A stretch of 64,000 nucleotides of DNA from Octopus sinensis (Eukaryota). Shown piece after piece: positions 11,520-22,649 of this stretch. A program made the translations under genes and the position numbers. The notes below the pieces were generated by a model. The model had not been told where the DNA came from and searched no databases. It saw only the letters and a program-made list of their open reading frames with translations. The stretch lies in the NCBI RefSeq assembly GCF_006345805.1, contig NC_043019.1, forward strand, positions 2,046,001 through 2,110,000. The letters run 5' to 3'. Each line of letters starts with the position of its first letter. The stretch's first letter is position 1.

Positions 11520-11928
11520 AATATGTTACGTTACTCGGTAGTCAAGATAAAACTCTGAGTTTCAGATGCTGAAGTGGAAATCCACAAACACATCTCTTCG
11601 GTTATCTGGCTATTTGAAAACGTTATGAAAAAATACCGTTAAAAATGAAGGGAAATTACTCTGTTATACACTCTGCTTTGCCTGCGTACTTATACATCGC
11701 TCGCATTTTTCGTCATAAAAATTATATAAAAATACGAAAAATATATTTTTATGTATTAAAAGTACGCAGGCAAAGCAGAGTTAAACAGAGTAATTTCCTT
11801 CATTTTTAACGGTATTTTTTCATAACGTTTTCAAATAGCCAGATAACCGAAGAGATGGTGTTGTGGATTTCCACTTCAGCATCTGAAACTCAGAGTTTTA
11901 TCTTGACTACCGAGTAATGTAACATATT
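11520..11928. mobile_element. Fold-back of a Penelope pseudo-LTR-like sequence carrying two inverted hammerhead motifs
   Basis: Arms 11520-11697 and 11751-11928 are near-perfect reverse complements; related sequence at 60180-60355. Confidence 0.85.
11841..11903 (+). ncRNA. Type I hammerhead-like motif, U4C core variant (mirror copy at 11545-11607 on -)
   Basis: AGATAA-CCGAAGA-GATG..CATC-T-GAAA-CTCAGAG-TT|TTATCT; 6-bp helix I and near-palindromic helix III. Confidence 0.7.
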
Positions 11929-12013
11929 GTATAGAAATTTCCTCTATTTACATAATATTGAGGTCTCTTTCTTTCTTTTGTTATCTTACCGTTTTATCCT
12001 AATATATAATATA

Positions 12014-12061
<48 letters not shown>

Positions 12062-12493
12062 CTAATATATATACATATATATATTGTACTGCAAGTTCAT
12101 TCTACCTCTTTTTATCGATCATTCCTACATAAACATAACTCTTGTTAAAACGGACCAACATCAGACGCTTTACAGTCTATGTAATCATACATATGTAATT
12201 GTGTATGTACGTGTATGCCTGTGTGTACACACATATATATGACAGATGTGATGGAGGCATCGTTTCTAAATTTCTTCAAGAAATTGAATTAAACCAAAAT
12301 AAAGTGAGACAGTGTTAAATACTTTATATTTTAAATTTCATGTCTAGCGCTGGCGAATTTCACTTTTTGTCTGAACGTTACACAAATTATAAAGATTTAA
12401 TGAGTTTAACAATATTTCGTTTTATTTAACTTAATTTATTGAATATTTTTTTTACATATATGCAAATAAGCTGAGGAAACAAACACAATCACC

Positions 12494-12514
12494 ATTGATT
12501 TATCATCATCATCA

Positions 12515-12572
<58 letters not shown>

Positions 12573-12583
12573 CATTATTATTA

Positions 12584-12620
<37 letters not shown>

Positions 12621-12676
12621 CATTATTATTATTATTGTTATTATTATTATTATTATTATCATCATTATTATTATTA

Positions 12677-12716
<40 letters not shown>

Positions 12717-12745
12717 CATTATTATTATTATTGTTATTATTATTA

Positions 12746-12800
<55 letters not shown>

Positions 12801-12822
12801 TATTATTATTATCATTATTATG
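12494..12822. repeat. (ATT)n microsatellite with periodic ATC/GTT variants
   Basis: Direct reading. Confidence 0.97.
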
Positions 12823-13095
12823 AAAGACTCTCGGATAGTTCTTAATTACTCTTTATTCTTTACTTCAAAGCAGGCAATAACAAATCAGCAGAGGTTTCAA
12901 GTATTACCCTCTCATGTGACTCAAAGAGACAACGCTCTCCTTACAATGCGAACTGTACCCAACAATGCTGTCTTCTGGATCATTTCGAGCCTGACAACAG
13001 CTGCAATATTCTTAATATGCTTTTCAAAGCCCTTAGAAACTGCGCCTAATGGTCCAATTACCTCCTATTTCACCATTACTTTCCTCATGCCCATT
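12823..13095 (-). mobile_element. 3' end of an R4/Dong-type RLE non-LTR retrotransposon
   Basis: Minus-strand translation VIGPLGAVSKGFEKHIKNI..EMIQKTALLGTVRIVRRALSL* (stop 12921-12923), followed by a short UTR running into (TAA)n. Confidence 0.72.
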
Positions 13096-13261
13096 ATCAT
13101 TATTATTATCGTCATCGTCATTGTTATTATTATCATGTAATGCAGCGAGCTGGCAGAATCGTATATTCGCCGGACAGAATGCTTAACAGCAATTCGTCCA
13201 TCTTTGTGTTTTGATTTCTAATTCGGCCTTTCATTGTTTCAGAGTTATTAAAATACTTCCC

Positions 13262-13383
13262 CTATAATTGAACTTGATTTTAGTTGAACGTATGCAAAGT
13301 TTCGTGAAGATTGGTTTACCAGTGTAGGTATCAAGATGATAACAAACAGATCGACAGACAGAAATTTCCATTTATCTATTAGA
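13262..13383 (-). mobile_element. 5' fragment of a non-autonomous Helitron (Lep1/DINE-like)
   Basis: Reverse strand TCTAATAGATAAATGGAAATTTCTGTCTGTC..AACCAATCTTCACGAAACTTTG; same layout as 47539-47907. Confidence 0.5.
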
Positions 13384-13524
13384 TATACACGACGGGCCTC
13401 CTCCGGTCTCCGTCAACCAAATCTAGACATAGGCCCCTATCAAACAGAAACACATAAAGATCCTTAGTTTTTTGATTTTTTAATCTTGAAATATATTTCG
13501 GAAGCTGTTGGTTTGGAAGATCTC

Positions 13525-13915
13525 TTTTACTCTTTTACTTGTTTCAGTTATTTGACTGCGGCCATGCTGGAGCACCGCCTTTAGTCGAGCAAATCGACCC
13601 CAGGACTTATTCTTTGTAAGCCTAGTACTTATTCTATTGGTATCTTTTGCCGAACCGCTAAGTGACGGCGACGTAAACACACTGGCATTGGTTATCAAGC
13701 AATGCTAGGAGGACAAACACAGACACACAAACATACACACACATATATATACATATACATATATATACGACGGGCTTCTTTCAGTGTCCGTCTACCAAAT
13801 CCACTCACCGAGGCTATAGTAGAAGACACTTGCCCAACATGCCACGCAGTGGGACTGAACCCGGAACCATGTGGTTGGTAAGCAAGCTACTTACCACACA
13901 GCCACTCGTGCGCCT
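13525..13915 (-). mobile_element. tRNA-derived SINE family B (CORE-like box, AAAAGAGT tail)
   Basis: Head AGGCGCAGGAGTGGCTGTGTGG..GGTTCAGTCCC and 3' GGCGGTGCTCCAGCATGGCCGCAGTC; other copies listed separately. Confidence 0.85.
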
Positions 13916-14159
13916 GTTGATAAATATATACAAACATAGGTACAATACCGTACGAAACAGTACTGTACTGTGAAAAGCAGTAGTAATTATAAAACTTTAT
14001 CATTTACCACAATTCACCATTAAATTAGTCAGAATCTAGCGATATTCTTTTGTCTTTTCACATTTTTATGAACAAGTACTTTACAACAACAATAAAACAT
14101 TTTATGATATCAAAATATAGCGAAAGAATTTAATATCTAATATGTTGTTTTGACTGAAG

Positions 14160-15180
14160 CTAGAGATAATGTTTGTTTAGCTGCAGCAGTTATTGGAAGT
14201 ATTTCATGTATAATTTGGCAAATTCTACAAAATTCTACAAATTAAGTGCTTGCCATTGGCTGTTTTGTTTCATCCTGGTTGTCTCTTAACAACAAAGCTG
14301 TTCCACAAAGCAATTCCAATACCGAAAGATGAACTATCAAAGAACCAATGGCCAACAGAGATCTTTCGAAAAACAACTTCAAATATTGGACGTCTAGATA
14401 TGAAAGAATTAATAATCAATCGCATTTGCTTACCTTTCTTTAATGGAGTATTTTTATGAAAACGTGTTTTGTTTAGTTTTTTTTTCTTGCTTTTGTTTGC
14501 TTATAAGAGAAATATATCTCTCTTCAAATACATGATATAATACAACTCTTTCGATCAAAGCATTTCTTAATGGAAGAGTTTGGTGAATCTACAGTTTCAA
14601 AATACTCATGTGTATAACTCTCAAGATCTCGATAGATATATATATCTTGCCCCACTTTCCATTTCAAATTTTTAAAGGCTTTTCGAGTTTTCCATTTTTA
14701 AGCAATACTAGAGATGATGTGACTCTGCTTTCTGCACAAAATCATAATAAAAAGTACCCTGAATTCCCATTCCACTTACCCCATATCTTTCAGAACATTT
14801 TCACTGCAATCTTTCAAAACTTGTTCAGCCACTTCAACCATTCCTTCTCCATCTTTAAACATTATAACAATTTGTGAAAGGTAGAAGAGTCCAGTTTGCT
14901 GGACATTGTTGTAGAGCTGAAAACGAGGCAATTTTTGCTCTTCTCCTCTGGAAGCCATCTGCTCGCGATACCAGAGGGCGCACACTCTCCTACCCTGATG
15001 TAATCTCCAGGGATACAGGCATCCAATAATGCTATGATGGACTGTGAGGACTGGCGTAACAGTAAATTCCATTGTCTCGACCACGGTCGAACAATGATGA
15101 TGAGTGTATGCCCGTACAGAAGCTGACCGAAATTTAATCCCAAAATAATTTTAAAGTTTCTATTTCAACCTATTATCCAA
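14160..15180 (-). pseudogene. Unidentified degenerate coding-like segment
   Basis: Repeat-free, protein-like minus frame (KLPRFQLYNNVQQTGLFYLSQIVIMFKDGEGMVEVAEQVLKDCSENVLKDMG) that resumes after a frameshift as GIQGTFYYDFVQKAE, with stops; family not recognised. Confidence 0.35.
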
Positions 15181-15354
15181 CCATATTGCTCTGAACATTA
15201 GATGTAAATTTGCTTTCATTCTATTCGTCATTTTCTTTTCAACTTGAAACTTAAGTCTTTTCTTTTCGTCGATTACCTGTCATTGAATGTTATTGTAATT
15301 CATCATAAATTACCTTACTTTTCGTTGTGGTTTCTTTTAAGCTCATGCTTATGG

Positions 15355-16005
15355 TTCCGAGTTCAGTCCCACTGCGTGGCACCTTCGGCAAGTGTCTTCT
15401 ACTATAGCCTCGGGCCGACCAAAGCCTGGTGAGTAGATTTGATAGACGGAAACTGAAAGAAGCCCGACATATATATATACTCTTTACTCTTTTTTACTCT
15501 TTTACTTGTTTCAGTCATTTGACTGCGGCCATGCTGGAGCACCGCCTTTAAACGAGCAACTCGACCCCGGGACTTATTCTTTTGTAAGCCCAGTACTTAT
15601 TCTATCGGTCTCTTTTGCCGAACCGCTAAGTAACGGGGACATAAACACACCAGCATCGGTTGTCAAGCAATGCTAGGGGAACAAACACAGACACACAAAC
15701 ACACACACGCATATATATATACATATATACGACGGGCTTCTTTTAGTTTCCGTCTACCAAATCCACTCACAAGGCTTTGATATATATATATATATGGGGG
15801 ACGTATGTTGTATGTCTGTGTTTGTCCCACCGATGCTGGTGTGTTTACGTCCTCATAACTTAGCGGTTCGGCAAAAGAGATCGATAGAATAAATACTAGG
15901 CTTACAAAGAATAAGTCCTGGGGTCGATTTGTTCGACTAACTGCGGTGCTCCTGCATGGCCGCAGTCAAATGACTGAAACAAGTAAAAGAGTAAAAGAGT
16001 AAAGA
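15355..16005. mobile_element. Nested SINE family B copies: a + copy split by a - copy
   Basis: + 5' half 15355-15470, - copy 15480-15778, + 3' half 15800-16005. Confidence 0.82.
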
Positions 16006-16097
16006 GTATACACATATATTCACAACTTACTTTAGCAACACACGCGCCTGCTCAGTACCAAATAGAAGTACTAACATATACACACAAGGACACATGA

Positions 16098-16420
16098 GGA
16101 GACCCCTTCGACCATGACTGACCATGGGATTGCACCTAGAAAGTTACCCTCCGAGCCACAAGTCCGGGCAAGGTTGTTTTATGGAAAACCAGCCGTCGCC
16201 CATGCATACCAGCCTCCCCTCTCCGCAGCACTGATGTTATCCAAGGGAAAGGCAAAGGGGCCGATACAGCCTGGCACCAGTGATGTCGCAACTCATTTCT
16301 ACAGCTGAGTGAACTGGAGCAACGTGAAACAAAATGTCTTGCTCAAGAACACAACACGCAGCCCGGTCCGGGAATCGAACTCACAACCTCACGATCAACG
16401 CTCTAACAACTGCGCCATGC
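16098..16420 (-). mobile_element. tRNA-derived SINE family D (partial copy also at 53400-53560 +)
   Basis: Head TGGCGCAGTTGTTAGAG..GAGTTCGATTCCC, CORE-like GTGTTGTGTTCTTGAGCAAGAC. Confidence 0.75.
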
Positions 16421-16935
16421 AAGGACACTTAAATATCAGCACACATACACACACTGCAATAGCACACAATGTTGTACACTAAGCTCACACTTACTTTCTC
16501 CTATAAATCCCATTCACCTCCAACGTAGCTCCAACGAATAAATTTCTCTTTTGTCTCCGTTAATCCATTCTTCTATCCTTTTAAATTTATCTTTCTGAGA
16601 AGAACTCAAGCACGAAACGCCGAAGATACTGCGTCGAAGATACTGCTTCCAAGCCTTTATCTCCGCACAAACTTAGCAATTACAGTATTACTAAATTTTT
16701 CTCATTTTCCGCATTATTTTTTCTTAAGTTTGCTTCTGTATGTGTGTGCGTGCGCGCGCGTATGTGTTTATGTTTGTGTGTGTGAGTGTGTGCATGTGTG
16801 CGTGTTTATATATGTATGCATATTTATATGCATGTATATATAATAGGGAGAGTTTACGAAAAAAACAAAAGACGAAGAAAGGTGATGCACAAAACAAACA
16901 GATGTCTTAGTATAACGCTCAGGAATAGAAAATGT

Positions 16936-16971
16936 CTTTTACGTTTCGAGCCTACGCTCTTCTACAGAAAG
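16936..16971 (-). ncRNA. Minimal hammerhead-like motif (CUGUAGA core) in a Penelope-type repeat
   Basis: CTTT-CTGTAGA-A-GAGC-GTAG-GCTC-GAAACGT-A|AAAG; related copy at 36940-36975. Confidence 0.62.
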
Positions 16972-17036
16972 GGACACAGAATAACACAAGGAGAGAAACA
17001 AGGGGAGACAAAATGTGTGTAGAGGCTAACGATCTA

Positions 17037-18328
17037 CGAGGGGCGTTCAATAAGTAATGCTCCTGACCCATTTCCCATAGCAGTAGAGCAACGAAACTTG
17101 GAACAGTTATTAGTCTTTTTCTACATAGGAACCACCCAGAATTACGCATTTCTCCCATCGTTTGATGCAGCTCTGAAGACCGTCTTTGTAGAAGACCCCA
17201 GCTTGGTCCTCCAACCACGACGTGACTTCAGAAATCAAGGCTGCATCATCTGGGAAACGCTTTCCTTTCAAAAACAACTTCATGGCTGGGAAGAGGTGAA
17301 AATCAGAGGGTGCAAGGTCAGGAGAGTAAGGGGGATGGGGGATGAGTTCATAGCCGCACGCCTGTGCTTCTGATCTGGCGACACGCGAGTTGTGGATCGG
17401 AGCGTTGTCCTGCAGGAGGAGGATGCCTTTGCTGATCTTGCCCCGCCTCTTGATTTTGATAGCTTCTCTTAATTTCCTCAAAAGTGAAGCATAATAGACT
17501 CCTGTAATTGTGGCACCCTTTGCCAGGAAATCTGTCTTCACTACTCCGTCCTGGTCCCAGAAAACTGTAAGCATGACCTTGCCAGCGGAGGGCTGCACCC
17601 TTGCCTTCTTTGGAGGAGGTGAGTCACGGTGCTTCCACTGCATTGACTGGGCTTTGGTCTCTGGATCATAGTGATGGACCCTGGTTTTATCCTATGCAAT
17701 CAGTCTTTTGAAAAGGTTTGACTCATCTTCTTGGCACATCTCCAAATTCATCCTCGAGCAATCGACGCGTTCTTGCTTCTGGAAAGGTGTGAGCAACCTG
17801 GGAATCCATCTGGCAGACACCTTTTGCATATGCAAATGGTCATGAATGATAGTTTCCACAGACCCGGTACTAATCTTGACCTCATGGGCTTTTTGGCGAA
17901 TAGTTATGCGTCGATCTTCCAAAATGGCAGCTTCTACTTGACAGACAGATGCCTCATCAATGGCAGAAGGGGGCGACCAGATCTGGGAGCTGTTTCCACA
18001 GAGTTCCGACCATGTTTGAATTCACGATGCCAGCGTTTTACAAGGTCATATGATGGGGCATCATCACCATAAGTTACTTTCATTTCATCAAAAGTCTCCC
18101 GTGGTGTGCGTCCTTTCAAATACTAAAACCGGATCACTGCTCGACATTCAACATGCTCCATTTCACACTTGACTCAGTTCAAACACCTGTAAATCAGAAA
18201 CCACAATTAGTTCAGAATTGTAATTTGCCACTTAATCTATAGAGATATAAATAATTGCACATGCAAAACTTCAGCTAGATCAAACAACTGCAAGTGGGTC
18301 AGGAGCATTACTTATTGAACGCCCCTCG
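17037..18328 (-). mobile_element. Full-length mariner transposon (1292 bp, DD34D), inactive
   Basis: Perfect 34-bp TIRs CGAGGGGCGTTCAATAAGTAATGCTCCTGACCCA; TA duplication at 17035-36 and 18329-30. Confidence 0.97.
17110..18161 (-). pseudogene. Mariner transposase with two stops and one frameshift
   Basis: MEHVECRAVIRF*, RSGRP (frameshift ~17970), WIPRLL, IA*DKT (first catalytic D region damaged), QDNAPIH, YSPDLAPSDFHLF. Confidence 0.95.
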
Positions 18329-18445
18329 TATCATATATACATATACATATATATATATACACACACACACATACACATCTTCTAACACAGCCAAATGACA
18401 CTAAAGGCGTACAGCTTCCTAATTGTTCGCCATGTGTATATGACC

Positions 18446-18790
18446 TGAAGATGTCATGCTTAAACATCAGAACCAGAACCATCATGTACAAAACTGACAG
18501 CCTCAGGCCTTATCGACATTCTGTTCTTGCACATGAACTCTCAATACTGAAACATGAATATCACTGCCCTCAGTGAAGTATGTTTTGCATATGAAGGTAG
18601 CCTTTAAGAATAAGGACAGGCTACACTCTCTATTGATCCGACAAGTCATACCCTGAACGACATTTATATGGCGTCGGCTTCATGATCAGAAACTCAATTG
18701 CCTCGAAACTAGAAAGCCTTGCAACAGTTTGTATAAACTGCATCATCTTTATGCCTCTTCCCATCCAACAGAAGCATCTCCAACCCTACC
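18446..18790 (+). mobile_element. Decayed RTE-clade endonuclease fragment
   Basis: CLNIRT..LAHEL..NITALSEVCF..GYTLY..GVGFMIRNSI, with stops and frameshifts. Confidence 0.75.
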
Positions 18791-19825
18791 AAAACTATAC
18801 ATTAACTCCGTTCCTTCCGTCTCTGCGATCCTGACCTAGAATCTTTGACTCGGGTCCCAAACATGGCCAGTCTATTCTTTTGACGTATTTACCCACCTTT
18901 AACCAAGCTTCTGTCTCCCATCCATGCTGCAGCTTGTAGTTCTCTTGCTCCACGAATTACACCCAGCATCTTCTTACTGCTCCCGTACCATCTCTCAGTC
19001 CTGACCCGACCCACCAACGTACCATAGACAGTCGCTTCTGCCATCTCCAGTACGAATACGTCACTTTTTGTTTCCATCACCTCAGTACTACATCTGCACT
19101 ATTTTCCATACGTTATTGCATCTCTACTATTTAATCTGTTTTGACATTTTGCAATTTTGTCGAGTTTTTATCTTTTGAAATCATTGTAATTTTACCAACT
19201 TAAAATTTGGGGGGACTTTGTATTTCGTTTTGGATTTCCAGCATTTCGAAGATTATATTAATGGATTTTTTGGAAGGCGAGGTTCAGTTTTTATCTTTTT
19301 TTTCACAGTTGCAAGCCTGAAAAAGCCCATTTTGATAACTACGTACATTTCACTTCTTTTCTACGCAAGCACATGCGCACAAATAAATTCTTTCACCTTG
19401 CACACACCATCCTGCACCACTTCACACGCTTCTTAACACATGCACACATGCATACATGCTCACTCAGTCTTGCAAATACATGTTTATACCACCTACTTAC
19501 ATTTACACTGAAATATATCCCCTGTTCTCCGCAGGCCATCGCCATCAAATTTAAACACCAACACACACATCTATAAACTTTCATACGTATCAATAACAAA
19601 CATGCCAACACGATTCTCTCTATTGTCAGCTTCCAAACGCAAACACTCCGAAATTTACAACCAACCACGCACCTGCTATGATGAGCTATGGGAAGAGGTT
19701 GAAATAACAGCAACTTTATACTATGGTGTAATTTATGAATACATCAATAAATCTCACTGAAACAGCTGTGGTAAGTTTTAAAATTTTAAATCCAAATTAA
19801 GTTCGTGATATATATATATATATAT

Positions 19826-21525
19826 ATTATATAAAAGGGCTTAGTAAAATAAATTACTTTGCCGCATACTGAACTCATTAGAAATAGCAGCTAAAAAAAC
19901 TTTTATTAAAACTATTCTAATACTTAAAGAAAACCTCTCTCATATAGTGTTTGCTCAATTCACTCACGAAAGTATGGGGGTAGAGATATTAAAAAATCAA
20001 ATGCAAAGGTTATTTGAGAACGTACGTTTCAAGATTAGTCAAAATCGACATTTCTATCATCAGCTCAGAACTCCCTGGTTTGGATTTGAAAACACTGAAA
20101 GTGGGAGCATACCCTTCGGCTTATTATCGCTTCTGAAGATCCGCTCGAAACTAACAGTGCCAGCAAACTCAAATATGCAAGCGAAGAATTTTGCTCTCCC
20201 CTTTCCACCAGCGTGGGTTAAAATCAGTAAACACTATGCTTTTTTTCGGTAAAATCCGAGGCATTTAAATAGAGAGAGATGAATTATAATTTCAACAATT
20301 GAGGGTAAAATTAATTAATTAATCAATTTCACCAAGTATTCAGTATGCAAAGGGACCATTTAAGGCGAATTCAATATTACATTATATAAAAGGGCTTAGT
20401 AAAATAAATTACTTTGCCGCATACTGAACTCATTAGAAATAGCAGCTAAAAAAACTTTTATAAAACTATTCTAATACTTAAAGAAAACCTCTCTCATATA
20501 GTGTTTGCTCAATTCAACTCACGAAAGTATGGGGTGGGTAGAGACATTAAAAATCAAATGCAAAGGTTATTTGAGAACGTACGTTTCAAGATTAGTCAAA
20601 ATCGACATTTCTATCATCAGCTCAGAACTCCCTGGTTTGGATTTGAAAACACTGAAAGTGGGAACATTACCCTTTCGGCTTCTATCGCTTCTGAAGATCC
20701 GCTCGAAACTAACAGTGCCAGCAAACTCAAATATGCAAGCGAAGAATTTCTGCTCTCCCCTTTCCACCTGCGGGGTTTTAAAAATCAGTAAACACTATGC
20801 TTTTTCGGTAAAATCATAGGCATTTAAATAGAGAGAGATGAATTATAATTTCAACAATTGAGGTAAAATTAATTAATTAATCAATTTCACAGTATTCAGT
20901 ATGCAAAGGGACCATTTAAGGCGATTCAAATTATTACATTATATTAAAAGGGCTTAGTAAAATAAATTACTTTGCCGCATACTGAACTCATTAGAAATAG
21001 CAGCTAAAAAAACTTTTATAAAACTATTCTAATACTTAAAGAAAACCTCCTCATATAGTGTGTTGCTCAATTCAACTCACGAAAGTATGGGGGTAGAGAC
21101 ATTAAAAATCAAATGCAAAGGTTATTTGAGAACGTACGTTTCAAGATTAGTCAAGATTAGTGTTTTCAAATCCAAACGAGGGGAGTTCTGAGCTGGTGAT
21201 AGAAATGTCGATTTTGACTAATCTTGAAACGTACGTTCTCAAATAACCTTTGCATTTGATTTTTTAATGTCTCTACCCCCATACTTCGTGAGTTGAATTG
21301 AGCAAACACTATATGAGAGAGGTTTTCTTTAAGTATTAGAAATAGTTTTATAAAAGTTTTTTTAGCTGCTATTCTAATGAGTTCAGTATGCGGCAAATAA
21401 TTTATTTTACTAAGCCCTTTATATAATGTAATAATTTGAATTCGCCTTAAATGGTCCCTTTGCATACTGAATACTTGGTGAAATGATTAATTAATTAATT
21501 TTACCCTCAATTGTTGAAATTATAT
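19826..21525. repeat. ~555-bp tandem array (about 2.4 units) ending in a fold-back copy; hammerhead on - strand
   Basis: AGGGCTTAG at 19836, 20391 and 20949; arms 20844-21154 and 21214-21524 are reverse complements. Confidence 0.92.
20015..20067 (-). ncRNA. Type I hammerhead motif (second copy 20572-20624 -; A6G variant 21189-21241 +)
   Basis: TGAG-CTGATGA-tAGA..GTC/GAC..TCTt-GAAA-CGTACG-TT|CTCA; palindromic helix III ACGTACGT. Confidence 0.7.
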
Positions 21526-21537
21526 ATATATATATAT

Positions 21538-21580
<43 letters not shown>

Positions 21581-21608
21581 ATATATATATAATATATATA
21601 TATATAAT

Positions 21609-21784
21609 ATTAATTAGACACAAAACCACTATATTGCAAATCAAACAAGGAAAGACTTAATCAATACATAAAAAATTTTAATAATTTTAATTATTTATTT
21701 ATTTACTTATATTAAAATTTTTTTATGTATTGATTAAGTCTTTCCTTATTTGATTGCAAAATAGTGGTTTTGTCTCTAATTAAT
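21609..21784. repeat. 75-bp-arm inverted repeat
   Basis: Arms 21609-21683 and 21710-21784 with a few mismatches. Confidence 0.9.
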
Positions 21785-21877
21785 TTATATAATATTTTAC
21801 TATAAAAATGGATTTCTATTCAATCCTAAATTGATTTTCCCTGTAATTTGGATTTATTCCCTAATATTTATTATTAT

Positions 21878-21946
<69 letters not shown>

Positions 21947-21949
21947 GGT

Positions 21950-22170
21950 ATTAACCGTTGTTGTTCAAATGATGAATAGCATTGCGAAACCATTGGTTCG
22001 TTTTGTTCTCTTACTTTGTTATCATCTTATAATCATCTCATAATAATGACTTTTATGACTCGTATTACTACCTCAGTCAATCTAAGTGTATATATTTGTC
22101 GTTACCTGTCATAAATAGCCTTTTTCTATTTGCAATATGCATTTTCGTTGATTTTTCATATTTCACCCCT
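21950..22170 (+). mobile_element. Penelope pseudo-LTR-like repeat with degenerate hammerhead (second copy 36644-36815)
   Basis: TGATGA..GAAA-CCATTGG-TT|CGTTTTG at 21970-22005; downstream ~170 bp recur at 36644. Confidence 0.55.
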
Positions 22171-22649
22171 ATATATATATATATATATATATATCTTAAG
22201 ATGCTTGACTTCCTTTCTCTTCCGCAATTTCTTCATTTCCCCTTCCTATTTTCATCCATTTATTTTTCTCCACCCATCAGTTACTTCCTTACCTTTAAAT
22301 TCTTCAACAACCTTCACTCTCTGCATCGTGTGTGTATACGGTATATATATATATATATCGCCACTACCATTACGATTCTGCAATTTAAATTCCCAATTCA
22401 ACTTACTTTCTTCTTCAATTTCAACTCTCGATCGATGCCCGCAGCAAATTCAAAGAATATTCCAAAGTGCTATGTGCTTTAATTTGACATGTCTGCTGAC
22501 AGCTGGAATGTAATCTTTCAGCTGACAGGAACATTTGGAGGAGATTCATAGGAGAAGCAAATTGTATCCCTTTTGTAAACTGCAAGGCCTCACAGACAGG
22601 CAGACTCACTGTTGGTATAGAATATGAAACCAGTCCTGATTCATCAGCC

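Noticed and set aside
20140-20165. CTGAAGATCCGCTCGAAAC on the plus strand of the 555-bp unit
   Set aside because: Helix II cannot form and the would-be cleavage base is G. The opposite-strand motif fits far better.
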